A stretch of DNA of 55,350 nt from a virus, in IMG/VR virus record IMGVR_UViG_3300025009_000017, one strand, 5' to 3'. Shown here in pieces: positions 6,351-14,791 of this stretch. The notes beneath the pieces are model-generated. The model searched no databases. It was not told where the DNA came from and saw nothing but the letters and a program-made list of their open reading frames with translations. A program made the position numbers and the translations under genes. The first letter of the stretch is position 1. The number at the start of each line of letters is the position of its first letter.

Positions 6351-9245
6351 TCACTTAATGTTTGAACTGAGTTGTTCACGCCACACCAGCTTCTCCTCTT
6401 CTGAGAAACCTGGCGGGGACTTGCGTTCCAGGATGTTCTTGAGTCGGGTCTTGAACTGTTCGTCTGACTGAAGCATCTCGCGGCCGATGGGCAGCTTGAT
6501 GATGGGTTTGATCTTCAGCGGCTTCTCCTCCGGCTCGTCTTCCAGGCGTTCCTCCCAGAGCATCAGCTCGTTCTGGGCATCGTGAATGATCCTGGATCTC
6601 TCCTCGTCGGACTCCGCCTGAGCATAGTCGATCTCCATCTTCCTGGTGATCTCCCTGGGAGAGAGCCTCCGGGTGCGGGGTTCGGGCTTTTGCTCTGGGA
6701 TGTTCTGCTGGGGGTCGGGCATCACGGAATCTTCAGGACGTTCCTCCACTTCACGGATCTTCTGCATGATGTCGGCCATCTTGCGTAAGGCCGGCAGGTC
6801 GTAGTCCTGATCGGAGAGCTTGTCATAGATGATCTGGTTCTGTTCGTTCTGGCTGTAACCCTCCAGGGATTCCTTCTCGGCTTCTACGAACTCCGCCACA
6901 TGCCTCACCTGGTCCTGCAGCGCCATCTCAGCCATTCTGATCTCATCCTCCACGTCGTCGTTCATCATGGTGGTCAGGATGCTGACGTTGTGCTTGTTGA
7001 CTTCTAAAGGCGACAGGCTTCCGTCCGGCAGGGTGACCCGTTCTTTAAACAACAGCTGGTTGGATAGCCGGTTCAGGTTCTCCTCGTTGACCGGGAGCAT
7101 CACCCCGTCCTTGACGTATCCGCCCAGGTCCAGCTCTGTGATGTTGTTCTCGTCTAGGAGCATGAAGATCTGGAAGTCATGGAAGGTGGCCCTGCGGTTG
7201 CGTAACGAGTAGGTGTTCCTGACTACGACTGGATAATCCTTGCCCTGGCTGGTCTGAACCTTGAAAAAGAACGGGGGAAGCCCGTACTCCGGCCGTCGCA
7301 CTGTCAAGGGGCCCTGCATGGGTGTCCCGGTGTCGGGGTCGATCCAGGTGGCGACATGGGCGTACTTCTGGGTCCTGGCCACGTCGATCTTCCCGTCTGG
7401 GAGCCTGAGATTGTGCAGGTTCACGAAGTTCAGAATATGCTGCATCCACAAAAAGAGATAGTTGGGCCTGAACCGGCGTTCCTGGTGGTACTCCCACTTC
7501 TGGGTGGACTGGTTGAAGGACTTGGTCTGGTGGTGGTAGTAGTGACCGGGCTTCAGCACGTTCTCGATCAGCTTCTGCTTGTTGGTCTTCTTCAGCTCGG
7601 CAAAGAACGACTCCAGGGATATGATCTTCCCGTCTTGCACCAGGTTGGGGAAGGCGAACACGGACAGCAGGTAGGCATGGTCTTCCCAGGTGAACCTGTT
7701 GACGACTTCGGTGATTGGCTCCGCAGCGATGCCGGTGGCCGACTGGTCCACCAGGGCCTGGTGCTCGGACTTGTCCAGCTGGTGCTTCTTTAACCGGGTG
7801 TCAAGCATGGCCTTGGTGCGGTTGAAGGCTTCCTGACGCAGAACCACGTCGAACTTTCCGGTGCGGACCGCCCTGGTGAATACCTCCGTGACCACGTCCG
7901 GTGACGAAAGATTCTTTAACAGTTCCTCAAAAAAGGCCCGGTGGACGTCGGGATGCGGAAGCAGGAGATCTCCCACGCAGGCCAGGAGCTTCTTGAAGTC
8001 GGCCGGGGTTTCAGTAGGCAGCAGGGGCTCGTAAGCCTGAGCGATGGTCTGGCCCTGAGCTGACGGCTGGTAGCCCAGCATCATAGCGTTCAGCATGGTC
8101 CTGACAGCCACAAAGCAGGTTCTGTCCTCTGGTGTTCTCCGGTAGGGGATCCTGGTTCCCAGCACTTCCTGGAAGATGATCTGGCCCTCGGCCTCCCGGG
8201 ATACGTTGTAAACCCTGGGGTTGACCAGGAATGACCAGTCGAATGGTTCCTTCCGTCTGTCATCCATGGAGGCTGGTTTGGCCACAGCAGCCATCAGTGA
8301 CGCATACCTGACGGCAAATCTGACAGGGTCCGAGGCGAAGGTGCTGGAGATGGGCCGGTCAACCGGCTGAAGCCCGGTGATGGGGTCGGAGAACTTGGAG
8401 GACTTCTGACCCAAAGCCTGCTTGACGCACGCCTCGTGGACAGAGGTGGACTCAAACATGAAGAAGGTCAGGTCCTTGTAGAGCTCCGGAGCCAGTTTGG
8501 TGTGCAGGGGCCCTCCGTAGAGCCTGTCTACCCAGCCTGAGATGGCAGCGTCGATGTAGGCCAGGTGCCGGAAGATCTCCACGAACATCTGCAGGTTGGA
8601 CTGGATCCTTGAAGCCAGTGGGTTGCGGCCCCGGGCCGTGGGAGCCACCCCGCGGTCGATCAGGTCCACGATCTGGTAGCGGTCATCCAGGAAGTCCCGG
8701 ATCTCATAGACCAGAAGATCTATGGGCACGGGGTCCTGGAACGCCTTCAGGTCTTCCATCTGCTTCAGGTACTCGTCCCGGGTGAGGCGCGAGGCGAAGT
8801 AGTTCTGGACGATCTCCTCCATCTCGGGGGTCATGTAAAGCCAGTTCTCGGAGGGCATGAAACTGTAATGGAGAACTGACCGGACTATCTCCTGCTCCAG
8901 CTTCAGCTTCTCCATGGCTCCGGTGTTGGACATGGCAGCCAGGAAGCGGTCCGGCAGGGCCGGCATTTTTAACTGGGCGGGAGTGGCCGGGAGGGTGGTC
9001 TCCTGGGCGGGTTCCGGCCGGTCATCCAGCTCGGGATCGAACAGCCTGGAGACCTTCTCCGACTTGGCCGACCTGACCTGGAACCGCAACGGCATCAGCG
9101 CCCTGATCTCAGAGGCCAGGGTGTCCGTAAAGGCAAACAGGAGATCCCCCAGCTCCTCCACCGCCTGGATACGTTCGGCAGTGGAGGGGGCTGAGATGAA
9201 TCTCCGGTCGAGCTGAGTGACTTTTTGTTTCAGCTGCTGGATCAT
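6351..9245 (-). CDS. Large hypothetical protein (964 aa), function unknown
   Basis: Longest ORF in the window. The C-terminal third is acidic. I could not find Walker, polymerase, nuclease or portal-like motifs by eye. Confidence 0.8.
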   Translation of the reverse strand: MIQQLKQKVTQLDRRFISAPSTAERIQAVEELGDLLFAFTDTLASEIRALMPLRFQVRSAKSEKVSRLFDPELDDRPEPAQETTLPATPAQLKMPALPDRFLAAMSNTGAMEKLKLEQEIVRSVLHYSFMPSENWLYMTPEMEEIVQNYFASRLTRDEYLKQMEDLKAFQDPVPIDLLVYEIRDFLDDRYQIVDLIDRGVAPTARGRNPLASRIQSNLQMFVEIFRHLAYIDAAISGWVDRLYGGPLHTKLAPELYKDLTFFMFESTSVHEACVKQALGQKSSKFSDPITGLQPVDRPISSTFASDPVRFAVRYASLMAAVAKPASMDDRRKEPFDWSFLVNPRVYNVSREAEGQIIFQEVLGTRIPYRRTPEDRTCFVAVRTMLNAMMLGYQPSAQGQTIAQAYEPLLPTETPADFKKLLACVGDLLLPHPDVHRAFFEELLKNLSSPDVVTEVFTRAVRTGKFDVVLRQEAFNRTKAMLDTRLKKHQLDKSEHQALVDQSATGIAAEPITEVVNRFTWEDHAYLLSVFAFPNLVQDGKIISLESFFAELKKTNKQKLIENVLKPGHYYHHQTKSFNQSTQKWEYHQERRFRPNYLFLWMQHILNFVNLHNLRLPDGKIDVARTQKYAHVATWIDPDTGTPMQGPLTVRRPEYGLPPFFFKVQTSQGKDYPVVVRNTYSLRNRRATFHDFQIFMLLDENNITELDLGGYVKDGVMLPVNEENLNRLSNQLLFKERVTLPDGSLSPLEVNKHNVSILTTMMNDDVEDEIRMAEMALQDQVRHVAEFVEAEKESLEGYSQNEQNQIIYDKLSDQDYDLPALRKMADIMQKIREVEERPEDSVMPDPQQNIPEQKPEPRTRRLSPREITRKMEIDYAQAESDEERSRIIHDAQNELMLWEERLEDEPEEKPLKIKPIIKLPIGREMLQSDEQFKTRLKNILERKSPPGFSEEEKLVWREQLSSNIK

Positions 9246-9752
9246 TTATACTTCGGTTTCGGTCGGGTCGCTGGCCTCGACATTGTAGCCAGAGGCTATG
9301 ACGTCCCCGGGGTTGACTGTTTTCCCGGTGGCCTTGCTCAGACGGGTGGAATCCTCGTAAGTGGCGATCTTCAGTGCCACCCCGAAGTTCCGCTTGACTC
9401 CGCCGGGGGAGACCTTGGTGGGCTTGCTGGTGCCGGTGCGGTGGATGGTGAAATACAGGGGAGACCTGGCCGGGGCAGGCTCAAGCTCTGGCGCCCGCTT
9501 GACCACCCTGGCTCCGCCTGACGCCGGGAAGAAGACCAGCACGCTGCCGTTGGGGTCGGTCCATGCCTGACGGACCAGCTCCATCATCTCGTCCTGTCCG
9601 GTGGGCTGGAAAGAGACCGGAGGCCGGATGGCCCGGGGTGGCTTCAGACCTGCGGCCGCCAGCTTGTCCAGGGTGGCCTGATACTCGGCCATCAGCCTGT
9701 CAGCCTCCTCCTGGGAGATGGGCTGAGCCGGATTGACTAGTACTGCGTCCAT
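9246..9752 (-). CDS. Hypothetical protein (168 aa)
   Basis: Its stop abuts the ATG of the 964-aa gene (TAAATG). Confidence 0.7.
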   Translation of the reverse strand: MDAVLVNPAQPISQEEADRLMAEYQATLDKLAAAGLKPPRAIRPPVSFQPTGQDEMMELVRQAWTDPNGSVLVFFPASGGARVVKRAPELEPAPARSPLYFTIHRTGTSKPTKVSPGGVKRNFGVALKIATYEDSTRLSKATGKTVNPGDVIASGYNVEASDPTETEV

Positions 9753-9777
9753 GATATTGCTCCTTTTATTTTATAGA

Positions 9778-10569
9778 TTACATCTGGAAAAGGGGGTTGG
9801 CCAGGGCGTAGGCTGCATGGTCGATGTTGGAGCTCTTGATGATGCAGTTGCGGCAGATGGCCACTGAAGTAAAAAAGCTGGATACCAGTCCGGAACCGGT
9901 ACCATTCGGTTGGAACCCTCCGCAGAATATCTCGTCGCCTATTCCGGCAACGGCCCAGGGAATCACAGCAGAGGTGACAAAGGCCCCGACGCTCGAATCG
10001 TAGACTGTGAACTGGAGATCCTTCTGGTTGGCTCCATTGCGGACCATGTTCATCTTGATGATATTACTGTAGGCGTCGACGAAGTTGGTCACTGTGAGGA
10101 AGGATACGAATGGAGCGCCATTGAAGGAATACAACCATTCATAGGCCACTCCCGTGAAATTGACCTCGACATCAATCCAATTTAAGTATCCATTGGACCA
10201 GCTCCATGCTTCCATCACTCCTCCAATGCCCAGGGCTACCCCGCCGTTAAAACCGACAGCCCTGAGATCTACCAGCTGACTTAGGAAGTCCCGCCGGTCT
10301 TCTAAAGTGTTGGCGAAAGCGGCCTGCCAGGTGGGAGTAAACTCGGATATGACGGCCATGCCAGGGGCCCAGGGGGAACCACAGACCAAGGGAATGATCT
10401 GGTTCTGGAAGTAATCGAAGTGGGTGGTGATGGGAGTAGTGTATCCGTCCACGCCGTTCCAGGTGAAGAACCCCGCTGCGTTAAGGTCGGCCGCTGACGC
10501 CAGCACAGATGGAAACTGCTTGTCAGGCAGGGCTGGGGTGTCGAAGATGCGTTTTCTGAAGTGTCCCAT
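9778..10569 (-). CDS. Beta-rich hypothetical protein, possible receptor-binding or fibre-like protein (263 aa)
   Basis: The N-terminus MGHFRKRIFDT parallels MSNFKRRIFST of the neighbouring gene. The rest is Gly/aromatic-rich. Confidence 0.65.
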   Translation of the reverse strand: MGHFRKRIFDTPALPDKQFPSVLASAADLNAAGFFTWNGVDGYTTPITTHFDYFQNQIIPLVCGSPWAPGMAVISEFTPTWQAAFANTLEDRRDFLSQLVDLRAVGFNGGVALGIGGVMEAWSWSNGYLNWIDVEVNFTGVAYEWLYSFNGAPFVSFLTVTNFVDAYSNIIKMNMVRNGANQKDLQFTVYDSSVGAFVTSAVIPWAVAGIGDEIFCGGFQPNGTGSGLVSSFFTSVAICRNCIIKSSNIDHAAYALANPLFQM

Positions 10570-10605
10570 AATAGGTCTCCTAATAAAAGATTAAAAATAA
10601 GTGGT

Positions 10606-11361
10606 TTATGGAGTTGTGTTTGCACCCAGGGGAAGGTCCGTGTCGGCAACGGAGAATGAACGAATTGAGGACCAGTATCCGTCGGCAGAGTCGTATCCGC
10701 CGGCTTCTTCATCAAAGCCCCAGATTATCGGAGAGTCCCCAGCCAAAGCCCGGGTATCGTCGAAGGTATAGGTCCAGACCAATCCAGTGGTTCTGTCCCA
10801 ACCGCTGAAGACGTAGCGCTTGAGGTTGGCGTTTATCCTGGTGGAAGTGATCTTGATTTTCCCGGTGGAGATGTCCCTTGAGTTGAGGGGGGTGAAGGTG
10901 TGTAAAGTTGTTCCGCCTCCTTCTTCAACGTAAAGCCAGTTATTCCAGGCTGGTCCGGGAAGGCGATAGGTAGACGAGATGTGAAGCTGGATGCTTTTTG
11001 CATGAGTTATGGCGTCGACGGCGTAGAAGGTGTTGATGCCAATCCCATAGTTGATTCCCGGGACCATATTCCGCGCTCCCAAAGCCTGCCATTCGTACAC
11101 GCAGCAGGCGAAGTTGATTCGGTTGGTGTAATTGGTGATCTGATTGCTTTTCTCGCCTATATATCCACCTGCCATCATGTGAAACGCTCCATTGGCCAAA
11201 AGGCCGGCATAGGAGCAGGGATCCCTGAAGTCGATTGTCACTGGGTTATAGGAACGGAAACCAATGACGTCCAGATCGGTCACATCGGAGATCTCAGACA
11301 TGACGACGGACTTGTTGCAGATATATTCAGTAGAGAATATGCGCCTTTTGAAGTTTGACAT
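10606..11361 (-). CDS. Beta-rich hypothetical protein, possible receptor-binding or fibre-like protein (251 aa)
   Basis: Shares its N-terminal 11-mer with 9778..10569. GGAGATCACCC precedes the ATG. Confidence 0.65.
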   Translation of the reverse strand: MSNFKRRIFSTEYICNKSVVMSEISDVTDLDVIGFRSYNPVTIDFRDPCSYAGLLANGAFHMMAGGYIGEKSNQITNYTNRINFACCVYEWQALGARNMVPGINYGIGINTFYAVDAITHAKSIQLHISSTYRLPGPAWNNWLYVEEGGGTTLHTFTPLNSRDISTGKIKITSTRINANLKRYVFSGWDRTTGLVWTYTFDDTRALAGDSPIIWGFDEEAGGYDSADGYWSSIRSFSVADTDLPLGANTTP

Positions 11362-11431
11362 GGGTGATCTCCGTAAGAAGTTAAGTAATAAACTGCCCCT
11401 TTCTTAACAAGGGGAAAGTTATGGTGAGGGC

Positions 11432-11460
11432 TTGACAAACTGACAATCTTTAAGTATAAT
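11432..11460 (+). promoter_or_regulatory. Consensus sigma70 promoter for the plus-strand cassette
   Basis: TTGACA (11432-11437), a 17-nt spacer, then TATAAT (11455-11460). AGGAGGAAGT plus the ATG at 11507 lie downstream. Confidence 0.85.
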
Positions 11461-11506
11461 AATTACAGTTGAACACAACACTGATTAAATTACAAGAGGA
11501 GGAAGT

Positions 11507-11707
11507 ATGGCAAACGAGGGTCGTCCGGGATGCTGTGCCGTCTGCGGAGCTGAAGGAACCACCATCAACTGCGGGGATGCCTTCCTGAATTCCCGGTGTT
11601 ATCCCTGCCTGAAGAAAGAGGCCAAGGCGATCAGGCACGCCATCTGCAACCCGGTCAGGAACGAGAGGCTGGTAGAAGCCCTGGGGGTGCAAGATGCCTC
11701 TTTATGA
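11507..11707 (+). CDS. Small Cys-rich protein (66 aa)
   Basis: Strong SD AGAGGAGGAAGT. Contains CCAVCG...C...CYPC. Confidence 0.7.
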   Translation: MANEGRPGCCAVCGAEGTTINCGDAFLNSRCYPCLKKEAKAIRHAICNPVRNERLVEALGVQDASL

Positions 11708-11900
11708 ATTCTACTGCCCCAACTGCAACCAGTCGGTCGAGGTCCTGATGTCCCACAAGGAGTGGAAGGACGGAAAGAAGCCGCTGTGCCCCAATAAGAA
11801 CTGCTTCGAGCAGATGGGTACCATGCCCGAGATGCAGCCCTGTTTGACCCTGATGGGCCCGCCAGTGGTCAGCTGGGAAGAGAAAGGAGGCCAGACGTGA
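11694..11900 (+). CDS. FmdB-like zinc-ribbon protein (68 aa)
   Basis: MPLYEFYCPNCNQSVEV...CPNKNC matches the MPxYEYxCxxC...CPxC pattern of the FmdB/CxxC_CxxC_SSSS family. Confidence 0.6.
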   Translation: MPLYEFYCPNCNQSVEVLMSHKEWKDGKKPLCPNKNCFEQMGTMPEMQPCLTLMGPPVVSWEEKGGQT

Positions 11901-12538
11901 TACGAGCCTACATCAGAACATCCACCGGGGTCCAGGATATCGAAACCCAGCGCCATGCCATCGTGCGCTACCTGAAGCACAGGTTTCCAGACTTCTCTGA
12001 GCCGGACTGCAAGTTCTACGTCGACAAGGGTATCTCGGGGAAGAAGGCCAACCGGCCCGGGATGACCGAGCTGTTGAAGGATCTGACCTCAGAGGACATC
12101 ATCGTTGTCACCGAGCTGTCCAGGTTCACCAGGATGGGCATAGGCGACATGGTGATCACAGTGAACACCATCGTATCCAAGATCAAAGCCAAGCTGATTT
12201 CACTTGACCAGGGGGGAGACTTCACCACTCCGGAGGGCCAGCTGATGGTGGCCATTTATGGCTACCTGGCCAACAAGGAGTGGGAGGCTGACCGGGAACG
12301 GAACCTGCGGATGCAGTCGGCCAGACGTGCCGCGGGTGTCAAGTTCGGCCGGAAATGCAAGATGAACGAGGAGCAGGCCCGCACTGCAGCCGAGATGTTC
12401 AAAAGGGGCTTCAAGACCAAGAAGGTCGAGAACACCTTCAATATGTCCCGCCAGGTCATCTACGGAGCCCTGAAGCGCTACGGACTGGCAGTGCCGAAGA
12501 TCCGGGAAACATTCAAAGAACAACTTATAGAGAGGTGA
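11897..12538 (+). CDS. Small serine recombinase (resolvase/invertase family, 213 aa)
   Basis: GTG start. Contains YIRTSTGVQD (catalytic Ser motif), DKGISGKKANRPG, VVTELSRFTR, and a C-terminal HTH-like SRQVIYGALKRYG. Confidence 0.8.
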   Translation: MIRAYIRTSTGVQDIETQRHAIVRYLKHRFPDFSEPDCKFYVDKGISGKKANRPGMTELLKDLTSEDIIVVTELSRFTRMGIGDMVITVNTIVSKIKAKLISLDQGGDFTTPEGQLMVAIYGYLANKEWEADRERNLRMQSARRAAGVKFGRKCKMNEEQARTAAEMFKRGFKTKKVENTFNMSRQVIYGALKRYGLAVPKIRETFKEQLIER

Positions 12539-12540
12539 TT

Positions 12541-12744
12541 ATGAAGCCGTGGTACTTCCAACTGAGGCTCTTTGGGGCTGAGATCCTGGGACTCTATACC
12601 AATATTCCCACTCAGAATGGGAAAACTATTTTTGGAATCAGGTTCATGGATGTCTTGATCTGGGGCCTGTGCAAGAACGAACAGCACTATTTTACTGACT
12701 TTACCTGTCTTTTATGGCCAAATTCAAGCGCGGAGGTTAAATAA
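12541..12744 (+). CDS. Hypothetical protein (67 aa)
   Basis: ATG sits 3 nt after the recombinase stop. The track lists a longer out-of-context start at 12355. Confidence 0.5.
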   Translation: MKPWYFQLRLFGAEILGLYTNIPTQNGKTIFGIRFMDVLIWGLCKNEQHYFTDFTCLLWPNSSAEVK

Positions 12745-12911
12745 TGGCTCAAATTACATTCAACATCGACTCCAAGACCGGCCGGGTGGAGGCCAAAGCT
12801 GCCGGTCTGTACCCCTGCGAGGGGATGAACCGGGCCGTCAAACAGGTCAAGGAACTGCTCAGGAAGGCTGCCAGGGATAACCCCAAGGCGGTGGACTGGG
12901 TAGAAAGATAA
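12744..12911 (+). CDS. Hypothetical protein (55 aa, below the track cutoff)
   Basis: TAATG overlap with the upstream gene. SD GCGGAGGTTAAATA. Reads MAQITFNIDSKTGRVEAKAAG... Confidence 0.5.
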   Translation: MAQITFNIDSKTGRVEAKAAGLYPCEGMNRAVKQVKELLRKAARDNPKAVDWVER

Positions 12912-12920
12912 TCTGTTTAC

Positions 12921-12966
12921 TAAAAAGGCCGTAGGAAGCCATTTAAGGCGCCTACGGCCTTTTTTC
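12921..12966. terminator. Bidirectional rho-independent terminator between convergent units
   Basis: AAAAA-GGCCGTAGG...CCTACGGCC-TTTTTT. The stem at 12927-12935 / 12951-12959 is flanked by an A-run and a T-run. Confidence 0.85.
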
Positions 12967-12976
12967 TGTCCGTGGA

Positions 12977-13267
12977 CTACTTCTTCGTTTTGCCCTTAAA
13001 GAGGCCCTTCTTGATAGGTTCTGGCTTAACCGGAGCCTTCTGGGGGGTTGCCGGAGCCTGAGCCTGCAAGGTGGCCTTTACCGGGGTTCCGCGAACCCTG
13101 AACTGGGCCGGAACGGAGTCCAAGCTGACCGCAGGGGCTATTTCCCGGGGTGGCCGCTGCATCTTCTTGGGAAGGTTGGCTGTGCCCCTGGCCATGTCAG
13201 CCGCCTTCTCCTCGGGGGTCCGGACGTCCACCACGACGAAGTTACGGATCCTTCTTATCTCTGCCAT
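12977..13267 (-). CDS. Hypothetical basic protein (96 aa), last gene of the long late unit
   Basis: Minus-strand ORF ending just before the bidirectional terminator. Confidence 0.6.
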   Translation of the reverse strand: MAEIRRIRNFVVVDVRTPEEKAADMARGTANLPKKMQRPPREIAPAVSLDSVPAQFRVRGTPVKATLQAQAPATPQKAPVKPEPIKKGLFKGKTKK

Positions 13268-13289
13268 AAATTACTCACTTTCTCCTGGT

Positions 13290-13901
13290 TTACCAGGCGG
13301 CGGGAGAGATGTAGGTTATGTACATGGCTGCATCGGCGGCCACAGCGATGGGGGCGGCCGTGATGTTGCCGTAGGTGACCTCGGCGTTTCCGGCTCCGTC
13401 GTTTCTGGGCTGGGCGAATACCGCACCCGCTATCGGGGCAGCCGACAGCTGCAAACCGATTATGACGGCATCAGCCGGCATACCGGCCACGGCGATGGCT
13501 TCCATGGCGGTGGTGTTGGCGGCCAGGGCTCCGGCTCCGGCCAGGGCCAGCGGTCCGACTGTGACTATGCCGGCCACGTTGCCCTTCTCGGTGTCCAGCT
13601 CGTTGATGGCGGCCTGCACGTTTACGGCGGCTATTCCGCCGGCCGGGGTGTTGGCGATCAGGGCGGCGTTGGCCGGGGTGATCGCGGTCCAGTCGCCGTC
13701 AACCGACGGGGTGGACTTGGCCGACATGATGTACCACTGCGAGGTGTCGGTCTGGGTGCACATGTCGCCCACGTTGGCCTGGGTCGGTCCCGGCACGTTG
13801 TTGCCCAGGGCTACCCTGGCAGCGGTGTTGGCGGCGATGAACAGCTGGGTGACGTCCAGCCGCTGGCCCCGCCAGTGGTTTGATCCGCAGAAGTTTCCCA
13901 T
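13290..13901 (-). CDS. Fibre/spike-like structural protein (203 aa)
   Basis: Contains GGIAAVNVQAAINELDTEKG, a motif I associate with phage tail-fibre or spike proteins. The C-terminal half is Ala/Gly-rich. Confidence 0.5.
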   Translation of the reverse strand: MGNFCGSNHWRGQRLDVTQLFIAANTAARVALGNNVPGPTQANVGDMCTQTDTSQWYIMSAKSTPSVDGDWTAITPANAALIANTPAGGIAAVNVQAAINELDTEKGNVAGIVTVGPLALAGAGALAANTTAMEAIAVAGMPADAVIIGLQLSAAPIAGAVFAQPRNDGAGNAEVTYGNITAAPIAVAADAAMYITYISPAAW

Positions 13902-13966
13902 GATGAGTCTCCTTTGATTGAATTGAAGTGTTATTATAAAATGCCCTGTTTGGGTATTTTATCAGT

Positions 13967-14188
13967 TCACTTCACACCCTTTTTTGACTTCTTGGCCGGT
14001 ATCTCGGCCGGGGGTTCCTGTTCCACCGGAGCGGCCACTGACTGCTCTGAGTCCTCCGGCTGCATCTCCGCCTGCTCGTCCACTGACGGGAGCGGGGTGG
14101 AGAGTTCCACGGCGGCCTGGGCCATCTCCGGGGTCATGTTGGTCCGGTTGACGGATCCGTGATGTTTCCTGAAAGCAAATGGAGCCAT
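13967..14188 (-). CDS. Hypothetical acidic protein (about 73 aa)
   Basis: ATG at 14188 follows GAGAGGTGAACAAA. The track starts at a GTG at 14197. Confidence 0.55.
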   Translation of the reverse strand: MAPFAFRKHHGSVNRTNMTPEMAQAAVELSTPLPSVDEQAEMQPEDSEQSVAAPVEQEPPAEIPAKKSKKGVK

Positions 14189-14218
14189 TTTGTTCACCTC
14201 TCTTTTATTGGTTGATGG

Positions 14219-14779
14219 TTATTTATTCCTGACTACCTCTTTGATGACTTCGATCCCGCCAACCTGTCCGTCCACCATCGGATTCGCGCTGTCGTACTTG
14301 AAGGGGATGGCGCTGTTGGGCGGGGTGAACAGGAGTTCCGTGCCCTGACGCTTCTGGCCGTCAAAGGCCGTTCCGGTGGTCAGCCCGTAAACCCTGAGCA
14401 TGGGTCTGATGTAAAGCATGAAGGGATCCGGCACTGCCGTCAGGTTCAGCGTGATGGTCAGCAGCTCACCGCCGGTGGATATCACGCCCTCGATATGAAC
14501 GCCCACGTCTGAATCCTTGAATGTCACCAGTGGGGTCACTGCAGCGCCCGCAAAGGTGGCAGCGAAGGTCAGGGTGTTGTTGGGCATCATGTGGAAGACT
14601 GTGTTCAGCCAGGTGATGTCCGCCTGGTCGAACGTGGGCTGGTTGGTGTAGTCCTTAGCCACTATGATGATCGAGCCTTCTACCCTGGATGCTGTGCCCT
14701 CGCAGGGAACCCTGAAGGACTCGATGTACTGCCCGGGCGCTATGATCCGGTGCTGGTGGGGGAAGTTTATGACTCGCAT
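14219..14779 (-). CDS. Hypothetical beta-rich structural protein (186 aa)
   Basis: Lies within the late gene train. No motif recognised. Confidence 0.65.
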   Translation of the reverse strand: MRVINFPHQHRIIAPGQYIESFRVPCEGTASRVEGSIIIVAKDYTNQPTFDQADITWLNTVFHMMPNNTLTFAATFAGAAVTPLVTFKDSDVGVHIEGVISTGGELLTITLNLTAVPDPFMLYIRPMLRVYGLTTGTAFDGQKRQGTELLFTPPNSAIPFKYDSANPMVDGQVGGIEVIKEVVRNK

Positions 14780-14791
14780 GGTGAGCCTTTC

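Noticed and set aside
9700-13000. Gin/Hin-type invertible segment switching the two fibre-like genes
   Set aside because: Both fibre-like genes are in the same orientation with their own starts. I found no hix/gix-like 26-bp sites (AAACC..GGTTT cores) and no convincing inverted repeats flanking the cassette. The only candidate was a weak AGTAA..AAC.G resemblance between 11379-11400 and 12909-12930.
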